Shown: positions 48,980-57,631 of the stretch, in pieces
Position numbering within the stretch: position 1 is the stretch's first letter
Layout: each line of letters opens with the position of its first letter
Origin: Candidatus Nomurabacteria bacterium
GTDB lineage: Bacteria > Patescibacteriota > Minisyncoccia > Phycocordibacterales > UBA9973
NCBI GenBank assembly: GCA_943350875.1
Contig: CALRAL010000003.1
Location: 25,174 to 89,173, forward strand
DNA length: 64,000 nucleotides
Direction of reading: 5' to 3'
Made by a program: the position numbers and the translations under genes
The notes under the pieces: generated by a model
Database searches by the model: none
Told to the model about the DNA's origin: nothing
What the model saw: the letters and a program-made list of their open reading frames with translations, nothing else

Positions 48980-49237
48980 ATGGATATAGATTATTCACCG
49001 GAATTTAATCATTGTTTTAAAAAATTACCTCACAAACTAAAGCTTAAAGCTATTGAAAAAGAAAAAATTTTTAGAAAAAATCAGTTTGATCCCCAGTTAA
49101 AAACTCATAAACTTTCGGGTAAGTTAAAAGGTAAGTATGCTTTTTGGATTGATTTTAAAAATAGAATCATTTTTTCTATTATCAATTCAAAAATAATCTA
49201 CTTTCACTCCATTGGCAGTCATGATATTTATAAATAG
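48980..49237 (+). CDS. RelE/ParE/YafQ-family toxin
   Basis: YSPEF..FKKL, LKTHKLSGKL, RIIF, IGSHDIY. Confidence 0.85.
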   Translation: MDIDYSPEFNHCFKKLPHKLKLKAIEKEKIFRKNQFDPQLKTHKLSGKLKGKYAFWIDFKNRIIFSIINSKIIYFHSIGSHDIYK

Positions 49238-49270
49238 AGTTATGTGATAGAATGAAGATAATTTAAATTT

Positions 49271-49702
49271 ATGCAAAAAGGGATTGATTATGTAGGTGTC
49301 ACTGTGTCTTACATTTGCCATGATGGCAAGGGTAACTATATCATGAATAAGAGGAGTAAAAATTGTCGTGATGAGCATGGCACGTGGGATTTTGGCGGTG
49401 GCGGTTTAGATTTTGGTGATACTGTGGAAGAAACACTCAAGAAAGAATTAAGAGAAGAATATTGTGTAGAAAATATTAGTTATGAATTTCTTGGGTATTA
49501 TGATTTGTTTCGTGAATTAAATGGAAAGAAAACCCATTGGCTTGCATTAAACTTTTTAGTGCTTGTCGATCCAAAAGAGGTAAAAAATGGTGAGCCACAT
49601 AAATTTGATGATTTACAATGGTTTAAAATTGATAATTTACCCACACCACTTCATTCTGCCATGCCTTTATTTATAAAAAAATACAAAGATAAATTAATTT
49701 AA
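49271..49702 (+). CDS. Nudix hydrolase
   Basis: WDFGGGGLDFGDTVEETLKKELREE, EPHKFD. Confidence 0.85.
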   Translation: MQKGIDYVGVTVSYICHDGKGNYIMNKRSKNCRDEHGTWDFGGGGLDFGDTVEETLKKELREEYCVENISYEFLGYYDLFRELNGKKTHWLALNFLVLVDPKEVKNGEPHKFDDLQWFKIDNLPTPLHSAMPLFIKKYKDKLI

Positions 49703-49707
49703 GATTT

Positions 49708-50979
49708 ATGCAATTCTCAAAAAAGATTTTAAAGAATGGTTTGCGTGTGGTGACAGTACCGATGAAAGACAATCCGACTGTGACGGTGTTGGTACTCGTC
49801 GAAGCAGGTTCAAAATACGAGACGAAAAGGGTAAATGGCATATCCCACTTTTTGGAGCATATGTGTTTTAAAGGTACTGTGAAAAGGCCAAAGGCTATTG
49901 ATATATCTAAAGAATTAGACTCTATTGGGAGCCAATATAATGCTTTTACAGCTCAAGAATACACTGGATATTATGCCAAATCCGATGCTAAGCATTTTGC
50001 TAGAATTTTTGATGTAGTTTCTGATATTTATTTGAATTCTACTTTTCCTGAGGCAGAGATAGAAAGGGAAAAAGGTGTGATAATCGAGGAAATAAATATG
50101 TATGAAGATATGCCAAACAGACACGTACAGGATCTGATCATGGAGCTACTTTATGGTGACCAGCCAGCTGGCTGGAATGTAGCCGGAGAGAAAAAGAATA
50201 TTACAGATATGAAACGTACTGATTTCGTGGCTTACAAAAAAGCTCATTATGTACCGAGCGCGACCACGATAGTAGTATCAGGCTCTGTGACAGAAAAAGA
50301 AGTTTTAAAAGAAGTTAAAAAAGTTTTCGGTGACATTTCCGGTGGTAAAAAAACAGGTAAATTAAAAGTAAAAGAAAGTCAGAACAAACCAGAAGTTTTA
50401 GTGAAATTTAAAAAGACGGATCAGACCCATTTCGTGCTTGGCGTGCGCACTTATGATTTGTTTAGTAAGAAAAATGCTGTTTTGTCAGTTTTAGGAGGAG
50501 TGCTTGGTGGGGGAATGAGTTCCAGACTTTTCCAAAAACTGCGGGAAGAGATGGGAGTTTGCTATTACGTGCGTGCTTACAATGACTCTTATACTGACCA
50601 CGGATTTTTCCAGATATCTGCCGGAGTAGACAATAAAAGAGTCACAGAGGTTGTAAAAGTTATCTTAGAAGAATGTAAGAAATTAAAAAATGAGAAAGTA
50701 AGTGCAGATGAATTGGAAAAAGTAAAAGAATGCTTGATAGGTAACATGAAGCTTTCTCTTGAGTCTAGCGACGACATAGCAAACTTCATCGGTGGACAAG
50801 AATTGTTAAAAAAAGAGATTTTGTTGGCCGAAGAAAAAGCCAAAGAGATAAGGAAAGTAAAAGCGGAAGACGTACAGAAGTTAGCTAAAGAAATATTTAT
50901 AGATAAAAAATTAAATCTGGGCTTGATTGGACCTTTTGCAGGCAAAAAAGAGTTTTTAGATATATTAAGTCTAAAGTAG
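49708..50979 (+). CDS. M16-family (pitrilysin-like) zinc peptidase
   Basis: HFLEHM inverted zinc motif, SSRLFQKLRE. Confidence 0.93.
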   Translation: MQFSKKILKNGLRVVTVPMKDNPTVTVLVLVEAGSKYETKRVNGISHFLEHMCFKGTVKRPKAIDISKELDSIGSQYNAFTAQEYTGYYAKSDAKHFARIFDVVSDIYLNSTFPEAEIEREKGVIIEEINMYEDMPNRHVQDLIMELLYGDQPAGWNVAGEKKNITDMKRTDFVAYKKAHYVPSATTIVVSGSVTEKEVLKEVKKVFGDISGGKKTGKLKVKESQNKPEVLVKFKKTDQTHFVLGVRTYDLFSKKNAVLSVLGGVLGGGMSSRLFQKLREEMGVCYYVRAYNDSYTDHGFFQISAGVDNKRVTEVVKVILEECKKLKNEKVSADELEKVKECLIGNMKLSLESSDDIANFIGGQELLKKEILLAEEKAKEIRKVKAEDVQKLAKEIFIDKKLNLGLIGPFAGKKEFLDILSLK

Positions 50980-51011
50980 TTTATAGTATTTTTTTATGAT
51001 ATAGTATTTGT

Positions 51012-52091
51012 ATGTTTGAAAAGGATGAAATAACTTCTATCTCAATATCGACGGGTACGCTGATTCGCGCAGTTTTGGTCGCGCTTGGTGTTTTCCTTCT
51101 ATGGTATTTGCATGGTTTGATTTTAATTATTTTGACGGCGATAGTTTTGGCTTCTTTTGTGGAGTCTACCTTGCCATATTTCGCTAAAATAAAGATTTCT
51201 CGTGTTTGGGGAGTAGTTATATTTTATTTTCTTTCTATCCTTATATTTGCCGGAGTATTTTATTTATTTGCGCCACTTCTCATCACTGAAGTTTATAATT
51301 TTTCTACATTCATTTCTCATTATGTGCAGGGAGTGGACTTTTTGGATTATTTCAAGAGCAATAATTTCTCTGGGGCCAAGGATCTAGTAGCCAATCTTTC
51401 TAATAATTTTTCCTTACCAGAACTCCTCTCTGTATCCAAAGCATTTATCACCAATCTTTCTGGAGGATTCTTTCAGACTCTCTCCATCACTTTCGGTAGC
51501 ATCTTTAATTTTATCTTAATAATCATTATTTCTTTTTACCTTTCCATTCAAGAGAGGGGAATTGAAGACTTTTTAGGAATTATTGTACCGGCTAAATATG
51601 AAGATTATGCGATAGATTTATGGCAACGTTCAAATAGGAAAATAGCTCTTTGGATCAGGGGCCAGATGCTTGTCGGATTCTTGATAGCAGTGCTAACTTA
51701 CCTAGTACTCTCGCTTATGGGCATACAGTATGCTTTGCTTTTGTCTATCATTTCTGGAGCCATGGATTTGGTGCCATATGGTATCCTAATAGCTTTGATA
51801 CCTGCCGCTTCTTTTTCATATGTTTCAGGTGGTATCTCAACTGCTCTCATGGTGACTGGCGCTTATTTGATAATTCACCAATTTGAAGTTTTCCTTTTTG
51901 CTCCGCTTATTATTAAAAAAGTAGTAGGACTTTCACCCCTCGTCATTATTCTCTCTGCGGTGGTTGGGTTTGAATTGGGTGGTATCTGGGGGCTCGTGCT
52001 TGCAATACCTCTGACTATATTTATCATGGAATTGATAGGTGATGTTGAAAAGCATAAAAGTTTTGCTAGAACAAAAAATGAAGAAAAATAG
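51012..52091 (+). CDS. AI-2E family transporter
   Basis: Multi-TM; WIRGQ, VPYG, LSPLVI, GGIWGLVLAIP. Confidence 0.85.
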   Translation: MFEKDEITSISISTGTLIRAVLVALGVFLLWYLHGLILIILTAIVLASFVESTLPYFAKIKISRVWGVVIFYFLSILIFAGVFYLFAPLLITEVYNFSTFISHYVQGVDFLDYFKSNNFSGAKDLVANLSNNFSLPELLSVSKAFITNLSGGFFQTLSITFGSIFNFILIIIISFYLSIQERGIEDFLGIIVPAKYEDYAIDLWQRSNRKIALWIRGQMLVGFLIAVLTYLVLSLMGIQYALLLSIISGAMDLVPYGILIALIPAASFSYVSGGISTALMVTGAYLIIHQFEVFLFAPLIIKKVVGLSPLVIILSAVVGFELGGIWGLVLAIPLTIFIMELIGDVEKHKSFARTKNEEK

Positions 52092-53607
52092 TTTTTATAT
52101 TACCACTACTTTGCCTTATGTAAATGCTCCATTGCATTTAGGACACGCTACGGAGATAATACGTGCAGATACTATAGCTCGATTTAAAAAAATACAAGGT
52201 TTCGATGTGTTTTTTAATACTGGAACAGATGAACATGGGCAAAAAATTTATGAATCTGCAGAAAAGGCTGGTAAGGGAGTAAAAGAATATGTTGATTATT
52301 ATGCGGATTTATACAAGAGAACTTTAGAGAGGTTTGGTGTATTGTCAGATGTGCATTATATCCGGACGACAGATGAAAATCATACAAAAGCCGCAAAAGA
52401 ATTTTGGGCAAGATGTAAAGACAAGGGTTTTATATACAAAAAGAATTACCAGGCAAAGTATTGTGTTGGTTGCGAGGAAGAGAAAACTGAAAGTGAACTG
52501 GTTGATGGCAAATGCCCTGAACATGATAGGGTTCCGGATTTAATAAACGAAGAGAACTACTTTTTTAAATTTAGTGCTTTTACAGATAAATTAGAGAATT
52601 TCTATAAAGAAAATTCAGATTTTATCGTTCCTAATTATAGGATGAATGAGATGCGTGAGTTCATAAAACATGGACTCAATGATTTTAGTATTTCTCGCTT
52701 AAAATCAAAGATGTCTTGGGGTATAGATGTGCCGGGAGATGAAGATCATGTCATGTATGTCTGGTTTGATGCATTAACAAATTATATTTCTACATTAGGA
52801 TGGCCGGATAAAACTCCCCTCCTTATGGAGGAGGGGGTTGGGGGTGGTAATTCAAAAAATCACCACCTCGCCCTAAAGGGCTCTCCTCCTCAACAAGGAG
52901 GAGAGGAATCTCTATTTTCAAAGTACTGGATAAATGGTAATCCAACACAATATTGTGGTAAAAATAATACTCGTTTTCAAGGTCTTATGTGGCAGGCAAT
53001 GCTCTTGGCAGTAGATTTGCCATTAACACATCAGATTATCGTTGATGGTTTTATTTTAGGAGAAGGAGGTATAAAAATGTCTAAGACTCTTGGCAACACA
53101 ATAGATCCACTAGATTTAATACAAGAATATGGGACCGATGGACTCCGATATTTCGTATTACGAGATTTTCATTCTTTTGAGGATACCGCGGTTTCAAAAG
53201 ATAGGCTTAAAGAATCATATAATGCAAATCTGGCGAATGGGCTAGGGAATCTGACTAGTCGCATTTTGACTTTATCTGAGAAATATTTAGATAATGGAAT
53301 AAAAGAAACGAAATTTTCTATACCACAAGTAAATGATTTCTTAAATACTTTTGACATACAGCTTGCAATGAAAGTTATTTTTGATTTGATAAACGATTTG
53401 GATAAACAAATACAGAAAACAGAACCGTTCAAAGTTATAAAAGTGAATGAAGAAGAAGGAAAGAAATTAATTAAAAGTCATGTAAAGCAACTCCTTACCA
53501 TCGCGAAATCTTTAGCTCCATTTTTGCCTGAGACCTCAGAAAAAATAGTAGAACTTATTAAACAAAATAAAAAACCAGAAAAGCCCCTATTTTTAAGGAA
53601 AGAATAA
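52078..53607 (+). CDS. metG: Methionine--tRNA ligase
   Basis: YVNAPLHLGH, GTDEHGQK, YVWFDALTNY, KMSKT; start moved to ATG 52078. Confidence 0.96.
   Translation: MKKNSFYITTTLPYVNAPLHLGHATEIIRADTIARFKKIQGFDVFFNTGTDEHGQKIYESAEKAGKGVKEYVDYYADLYKRTLERFGVLSDVHYIRTTDENHTKAAKEFWARCKDKGFIYKKNYQAKYCVGCEEEKTESELVDGKCPEHDRVPDLINEENYFFKFSAFTDKLENFYKENSDFIVPNYRMNEMREFIKHGLNDFSISRLKSKMSWGIDVPGDEDHVMYVWFDALTNYISTLGWPDKTPLLMEEGVGGGNSKNHHLALKGSPPQQGGEESLFSKYWINGNPTQYCGKNNTRFQGLMWQAMLLAVDLPLTHQIIVDGFILGEGGIKMSKTLGNTIDPLDLIQEYGTDGLRYFVLRDFHSFEDTAVSKDRLKESYNANLANGLGNLTSRILTLSEKYLDNGIKETKFSIPQVNDFLNTFDIQLAMKVIFDLINDLDKQIQKTEPFKVIKVNEEEGKKLIKSHVKQLLTIAKSLAPFLPETSEKIVELIKQNKKPEKPLFLRKE
52814..52904 (+). repeat. Family D full-length element in metG (TPLLMEEGVGGGNSKNHHLALKGSPPQQGGE)
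   Basis: Shares CTCCCCTCCTTA, GGGGTGGTAATT and AAATCACCACCTCGCCCTAAAGGGC.CTCCTCCTC.ACAAGGAGGAGA with intergenic 60549-60649. Confidence 0.92.
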
Positions 53608-53636
53608 ATTACACAGGGTTCCCCTGTGTAATTTAT
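53604..53636 (+). repeat. Transposase-associated palindrome, copy 1
   Basis: ATAAATTACACAGG-GTTCC-CCTGTGTAATTTAT, overlapping the metG stop. Confidence 0.92.
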
Positions 53637-53650
53637 ATAAGACTTACAAT

Positions 53651-54202
53651 TTAATTAGCTGTACAAAAAAACTCTCTTACGCACCAAACTTTTCCATCTA
53701 CAGGCTGACTTATCGATTCGCTAACAAAAGATTTTGGCATTCTATGGTTACCATATTTTAAATTAAAAGTGTCCATCATTTGTTGCACTTTACCTGATTG
53801 TTTAAGTTCTGTCTCTACATTATCATGAGCTATTTGAGGTGTTTCCCCAAACAAAAGTGTTCCTCGTCTATCGAAATAGTAATCAGCTTCTTCTTTTTTA
53901 GATTTAACAAAATTGCAATGCCAAGTAAATTTAAACTTACTTACTCCTGATTCTTTAATAACCTCGATTTTTACCAATGGATTTTGGACTTTTGAAGGAT
54001 ATTGTTTTTTTAAAGTGTCTCCAACTATTTTTGCAAATTCATTCCCACTTTTATGAGCTTCTGCTCCATTTGTAGATTCAAATGTATATTCATTATGTTC
54101 TCGAAAATTCTTATCACTAAACGCATCTAGTGAACCAAAGATCGCCGTTCCCGCTATAATTTTACTTGTTTGTTTTATAAAATTTCTTCGTGATTCATCC
54201 AT
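53651..54202 (-). CDS. Hypothetical protein with twin-arginine-like N-terminus
   Basis: MDESRRNFIK; TGATATAAT 6 nt before ATG; bracketed by palindrome copies 1 and 2. Confidence 0.7.
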   Translation of the reverse strand: MDESRRNFIKQTSKIIAGTAIFGSLDAFSDKNFREHNEYTFESTNGAEAHKSGNEFAKIVGDTLKKQYPSKVQNPLVKIEVIKESGVSKFKFTWHCNFVKSKKEEADYYFDRRGTLLFGETPQIAHDNVETELKQSGKVQQMMDTFNLKYGNHRMPKSFVSESISQPVDGKVWCVREFFCTAN

Positions 54203-54229
54203 CTTTAAATTATATCACAACGAAGGTTA

Positions 54230-54250
54230 TACACAGGGTTCCCCTGTGTA
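54230..54250 (+). repeat. Transposase-associated palindrome, copy 2
   Basis: TACACAGG-GTTCC-CCTGTGTA, 20 bp upstream of the transposase ATG. Confidence 0.92.
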
Positions 54251-54270
54251 ATGTGTGGTATATTACAGTA

Positions 54271-54966
54271 ATGGAAAGAAAAATACCTTTTGTGAAAGGT
54301 GAATACTATCATATTTATAATCGTGGCGTAGAAAAGAGAATTATATTTAAGACAGATTTTGATTATAAAAGATTTATTCTTTTGTTGCATGTTTTGAATA
54401 CAGACAAAAATCTTAAAATAAGGGATTTACTCCGGTCTAGTTCTTTTAATGAATTGTTAAAAATAAAAAATGATAATCCTATTGTGGCGATTGGATCATA
54501 CTGCCTGATGCCAAATCATTTCCATCTACTTATTACTCCTTTGGTGGAGGGAGGTATTTCAAAATTTATGTTGAAATTAGAAACTGCGTATTCTATGTAT
54601 TTTAATGGAAAAAATGAACGAAGTGGTGCTTTATTTCAAGGTGTGTTTAAATCGCAACATCTAGACAATGATGAGTATTTAAGATACATATATTCTTATA
54701 TACACTTAAATCCAGCAAAATTAAAAGATAAAAATTGGAAAGAGAATAGACCCAAAGATTCTAGATCTTTAAAAGAATTTATTGTGAGTTATAAATATTC
54801 TAGTATTGGAGAATATATTAATAATAACTTTACTATAGTAAATATTTCAGTTTTTCCTGATTATAGAGAGTTATATAAATCTAATAAGGAATTTTTCAAG
54901 ATTATGATTGATGATTGGTTGAATTATAAGGAGATTACAACAATTACACAGGGGAACCCTGTGTAA
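54271..54966 (+). mobile_element. HUH/Y1 tyrosine transposase, RAYT-like (IS200/IS605 superfamily)
   Basis: YYHIYNRG, YCLMPNHFHLL (HUH), GALFQG, YIHLNP (catalytic Tyr), YSS; no tnpB nearby; start moved to ATG 54271. Confidence 0.9.
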
Positions 54967-54968
54967 TT
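54942..54968 (-). repeat. Transposase-associated palindrome, copy 3 (inverted), supplying the last codons and stop
   Basis: AATTACACAGG-GGAAC-CCTGTGTAATT; encodes ITQGNPV*. Confidence 0.92.
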
Positions 54969-54977
54969 TAAGAGATT

Positions 54978-55817
54978 ATGCCAATATATATAGATATACA
55001 TAGTCATGTTAATTTCAAAGCTTTTGACGAAGACAGAGATACTGTCATCAAACGAGCTCTTGATAATGATACGTGGGTCATAAATGTAGGCACTCAAGTA
55101 GATACTTCAAGGAGTGCAGTAGAACTTGCAGATAAATACGAGGACGGGGTGTATGCTATCGTCGGTCTTCACCCGATACATACCAGTGCATCGTATCATG
55201 ATGAGCAAGAGTTGGGTGTTGGTGGTGTAGAATTTACTTCGCGTGGAGAAATTTTTGATAAAAACGTTTACAGAGAATTCTTAAAAGATCCAAAGGTAGT
55301 GGCGATAGGTGAGTGTGGGTTAGATTATTTTAGATGTACCCCTGAAACTATTTCAAAACAAAAAGAAGCCTTTATCGCGCAAATAGGACTTGCAAATGAA
55401 TTCAATAAGCCGTTGATGCTTCATATCCGTAATAATCCTAAAGACAAAACGAAAGATGCTTACAAAGATGCAATAGAAATTCTTAAGAAATATCCTACGG
55501 TTAGGGGCAATGTGCATTTTTTCGCTGGGATGCCAGAACATGCGAAAAGTTTCCTTGAGATTGGCTTTACACTTTCTTTTACCGGAGTGATAACTTTTAC
55601 CCATGATTATGATGAAGTAATTAAAAATACTCCGCTAGATATGATCATGTCTGAGACGGATTCCCCGTATGTTGCTCCTGTGCCATATAGGGGCAAAAGA
55701 AATGAGCCGGTGTATGTAAGTGAGGTGGTCAAAAAGATTGCTGAAATAAAAAATTTGCCAATAGACGAGGTTGCACAGGCGATAATAGCCAATGCAAAGC
55801 GAGTTTTTTGGATTTGA
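54978..55817 (+). CDS. tatD: TatD-family deoxyribonuclease
   Basis: DIHSH, GLHP, IGECGLDY, LHIR, VHFF, ETDSPY, RNEP. Confidence 0.93.
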   Translation: MPIYIDIHSHVNFKAFDEDRDTVIKRALDNDTWVINVGTQVDTSRSAVELADKYEDGVYAIVGLHPIHTSASYHDEQELGVGGVEFTSRGEIFDKNVYREFLKDPKVVAIGECGLDYFRCTPETISKQKEAFIAQIGLANEFNKPLMLHIRNNPKDKTKDAYKDAIEILKKYPTVRGNVHFFAGMPEHAKSFLEIGFTLSFTGVITFTHDYDEVIKNTPLDMIMSETDSPYVAPVPYRGKRNEPVYVSEVVKKIAEIKNLPIDEVAQAIIANAKRVFWI

Positions 55818-55944
55818 TTTCTTATACCTTTCTATGTTATAATACATTTGGTTCAGTGAGAAGAGGGTTTGTGTTCTCACCGGAGACTTTGGTCTTTGAA
55901 AACTTAAATTCACAATTTTTTTCAGGGAGTGAAAGACAGAAATT

Positions 55945-56088
55945 ATGCTGAAAAAATTCCTATATTTTGTTCTTGTATTTATAGGAGTAATGTGTTTACT
56001 TTACAGTATTCACTTACTCTATGCTTATAAAGAACAATCAGTAAAAAATACCCACCAGACTACTGTCGGTGGGTATTTTATTTTTTAG
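55945..56088 (+). CDS. Possible 47-aa membrane peptide (below the ORF-track cutoff)
   Basis: Manual translation MLKKFLYFVLVFIGVMCLLYSIHLLYAYKEQSVKNTHQTTVGGYFIF; upstream TGTTATAAT. Confidence 0.4.
   Translation: MLKKFLYFVLVFIGVMCLLYSIHLLYAYKEQSVKNTHQTTVGGYFIF
56045..56079 (+). terminator. Terminator-like hairpin
   Basis: AAAATACCCACC...GGTGGGTATTTT followed by a T-run. Confidence 0.65.
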
Positions 56089-56094
56089 ATTTAA

Positions 56095-56185
56095 ATTCTC
56101 CTCTTGAGGAGTACCTGCAGGGGGAGGTGGATGAATTCTTCCACCTCGTCTTTTGATTACAAAAGCCACCCCTCAAGAGGGGAAT
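56095..56185. repeat. 91-bp intergenic element with 15-bp TIRs (one mismatch), family D related
   Basis: ATTCTCCTCTTGAGG ... CCTCAAGAGGGGAAT; internal GAGGTGG/CCACCTCG stem. Confidence 0.75.
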
Positions 56186-56231
56186 ATGAAAACAGTGGAC
56201 TTTTCCAAAACTTTTTGCTATTATCAATCCA

Positions 56232-56753
56232 ATGAAAGATTTAGGAGTTAAAAATGAAAATGACTCATTGGTAGATGAGAATGGTGTTTCGGACGCTCGG
56301 GTCTACGAAGTGGGGTACCTTTTGGTGCCTACTTTGGGCGAGGAAAACGTTCCTGCCATCTATGGCAACTTGAAAGAACTCGTGTCCTCTTTTGGTGGGG
56401 AGATGATCTCAGATGAAATGCCAAAGATGATAGATCTTGCCTACACTATGGAAAAAGTCACAGCAAATGTCCGCAGTAAATTCAACACTGCTTATTTTGG
56501 TTGGGTGAAATTCTACATAGACAGTCAGAAAGTTTTAGAATTAAAGAAAAAGCTCGCCCTCGATGCAAACATTATTCGTTTTTTGATAGTGAAGACTGTT
56601 AAAGAAAATACAATTGCTGCCAAGAGATTTGTGCATAGAGATACTTTTAAAAAGAGGACGCCTGTTATGAAAGAGGGTGCTGAAAATGAAGAAGTAGTGC
56701 CTATAAACAAAGAAGAGATAGATAAAGAAATAGATGCGATGGTAGCTGTTTAA
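56232..56753 (+). CDS. rpsF: 30S ribosomal protein S6
   Basis: YEVGYLL, LAYTM, AYFG, IIRFLIVK; rpsF-ssb-rpsR synteny. Confidence 0.92.
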   Translation: MKDLGVKNENDSLVDENGVSDARVYEVGYLLVPTLGEENVPAIYGNLKELVSSFGGEMISDEMPKMIDLAYTMEKVTANVRSKFNTAYFGWVKFYIDSQKVLELKKKLALDANIIRFLIVKTVKENTIAAKRFVHRDTFKKRTPVMKEGAENEEVVPINKEEIDKEIDAMVAV

Positions 56754-56775
56754 TTATCATTTAACCAATCAAATT

Positions 56776-57231
56776 ATGTATTTAAACAAAGCAATTGTAA
56801 TAGGGAACTTAACTCGTGATCCAGAATTAAAGTCTTTGCCTTCTGGTATCAAAGTATGTTCTTTTTCTTTAGCTACAAATCGTGTTTGGAAAGATAAGAA
56901 TGGTGCTCGCCAAGAATCTGCTGATTATCACAATGTGGTAGTATTTGGACGCCAAGCCGAGACAGTCGCTCAGTATATGAAAAAGGGAAGCTCAATGATG
57001 GTAGAAGGCAGGATGCAGACTAGGAGCTGGGATGATAAAAACAGTGGTGAGAAGAAATACCGCACCGAGATAGTAGCAGAGAAAACACAGTTTGGTCCAA
57101 AAAGTGCTGGTTCTACAGGTGGATCATCGATGTCATCTCCTAAAACACCGACAGTAGATGTGGCAGGTGGGGAAGTAGATACCATAGAATACCCAGAAGA
57201 GGACATTAACCCAGAAGATATACCATTTTAA
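56776..57231 (+). CDS. ssb: Single-stranded DNA-binding protein
   Basis: NKAIVIGNLTRDPE, VEGRMQTRSW, C-terminal DIPF. Confidence 0.97.
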   Translation: MYLNKAIVIGNLTRDPELKSLPSGIKVCSFSLATNRVWKDKNGARQESADYHNVVVFGRQAETVAQYMKKGSSMMVEGRMQTRSWDDKNSGEKKYRTEIVAEKTQFGPKSAGSTGGSSMSSPKTPTVDVAGGEVDTIEYPEEDINPEDIPF

Positions 57232-57249
57232 TAAAATTTTAATAAATAT

Positions 57250-57450
57250 ATGAAACAAGATTATTTTTCAGCCAACAACATAAAACACATAGATTACAAA
57301 GATATTGAGATCTTAAGTAAATTCATCAACCCAAATGGCAAGATTTTAAGCCACAAGAAGACTGGGGTGACAGCTAAAAACCAGCGTCAACTCTCAGGAG
57401 CCATCAAAAACGCTCGTTTTATGGGCCTTTTGCCTTTCGTAGCGAAGTAG
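57250..57450 (+). CDS. rpsR: 30S ribosomal protein S18
   Basis: IDYKD, GKI, QRQLSGAIKNARFMGLLPF. Confidence 0.96.
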   Translation: MKQDYFSANNIKHIDYKDIEILSKFINPNGKILSHKKTGVTAKNQRQLSGAIKNARFMGLLPFVAK

Positions 57451-57456
57451 TTTAGT

Positions 57457-57491
57457 GTCAAAGTTGCTAGGCAAGACCTAGCAACTTTGAC
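57457..57491. repeat. AGG-N5-CCT hairpin with 15-bp arms (may double as the rpsR terminator)
   Basis: GTCAAAGTTGCTAGG-CAAGA-CCTAGCAACTTTGAC; inner 21 nt identical to the 37410-37434 hairpin. Confidence 0.88.
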
Positions 57492-57513
57492 TTTATATGT
57501 TAATAACTTTGCC

Positions 57514-57545
57514 TTTACTTCTCGCGCGGGGGGGGGGGTTATACT
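57514..57545 (+). promoter_or_regulatory. Putative promoter with a G11 tract in the spacer
   Basis: TTTACT-TCTCGCGC(G)11T-TATACT, 20-nt spacer. Confidence 0.5.
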
Positions 57546-57595
57546 TACCTTATGCTTAAAAGGTGTATCTTTTTGAGCTTTAAAATTAACTTATT

Positions 57596-57625
57596 TCAGC
57601 CATAGGCTGATCCGCCTTGGGCGGA
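57596..57625 (-). repeat. Family C 30-bp element in a 5' UTR
   Basis: TCAGCC-ATA-GGCTGA-TCCGCC-TTG-GGCGGA. Confidence 0.9.
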
Positions 57626-57631
57626 AAAATT

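Noticed and set aside
54190-54270. N-terminal extension of the transposase ORF in the track
   Set aside because: It overlaps the divergent gene's start and the palindrome; ATG 54271 has its own extended -10 and begins the recognisable domain.
54230-54968. Canonical IS200/IS605 element with TnpB
   Set aside because: No tnpB, and the flanks are inverted copies of one palindrome; this fits a RAYT-like arrangement better.
57617-57631. TTG start (MGGKI) of the surface protein
   Set aside because: It lies inside the family C repeat; the signal peptide begins at ATG 57632.
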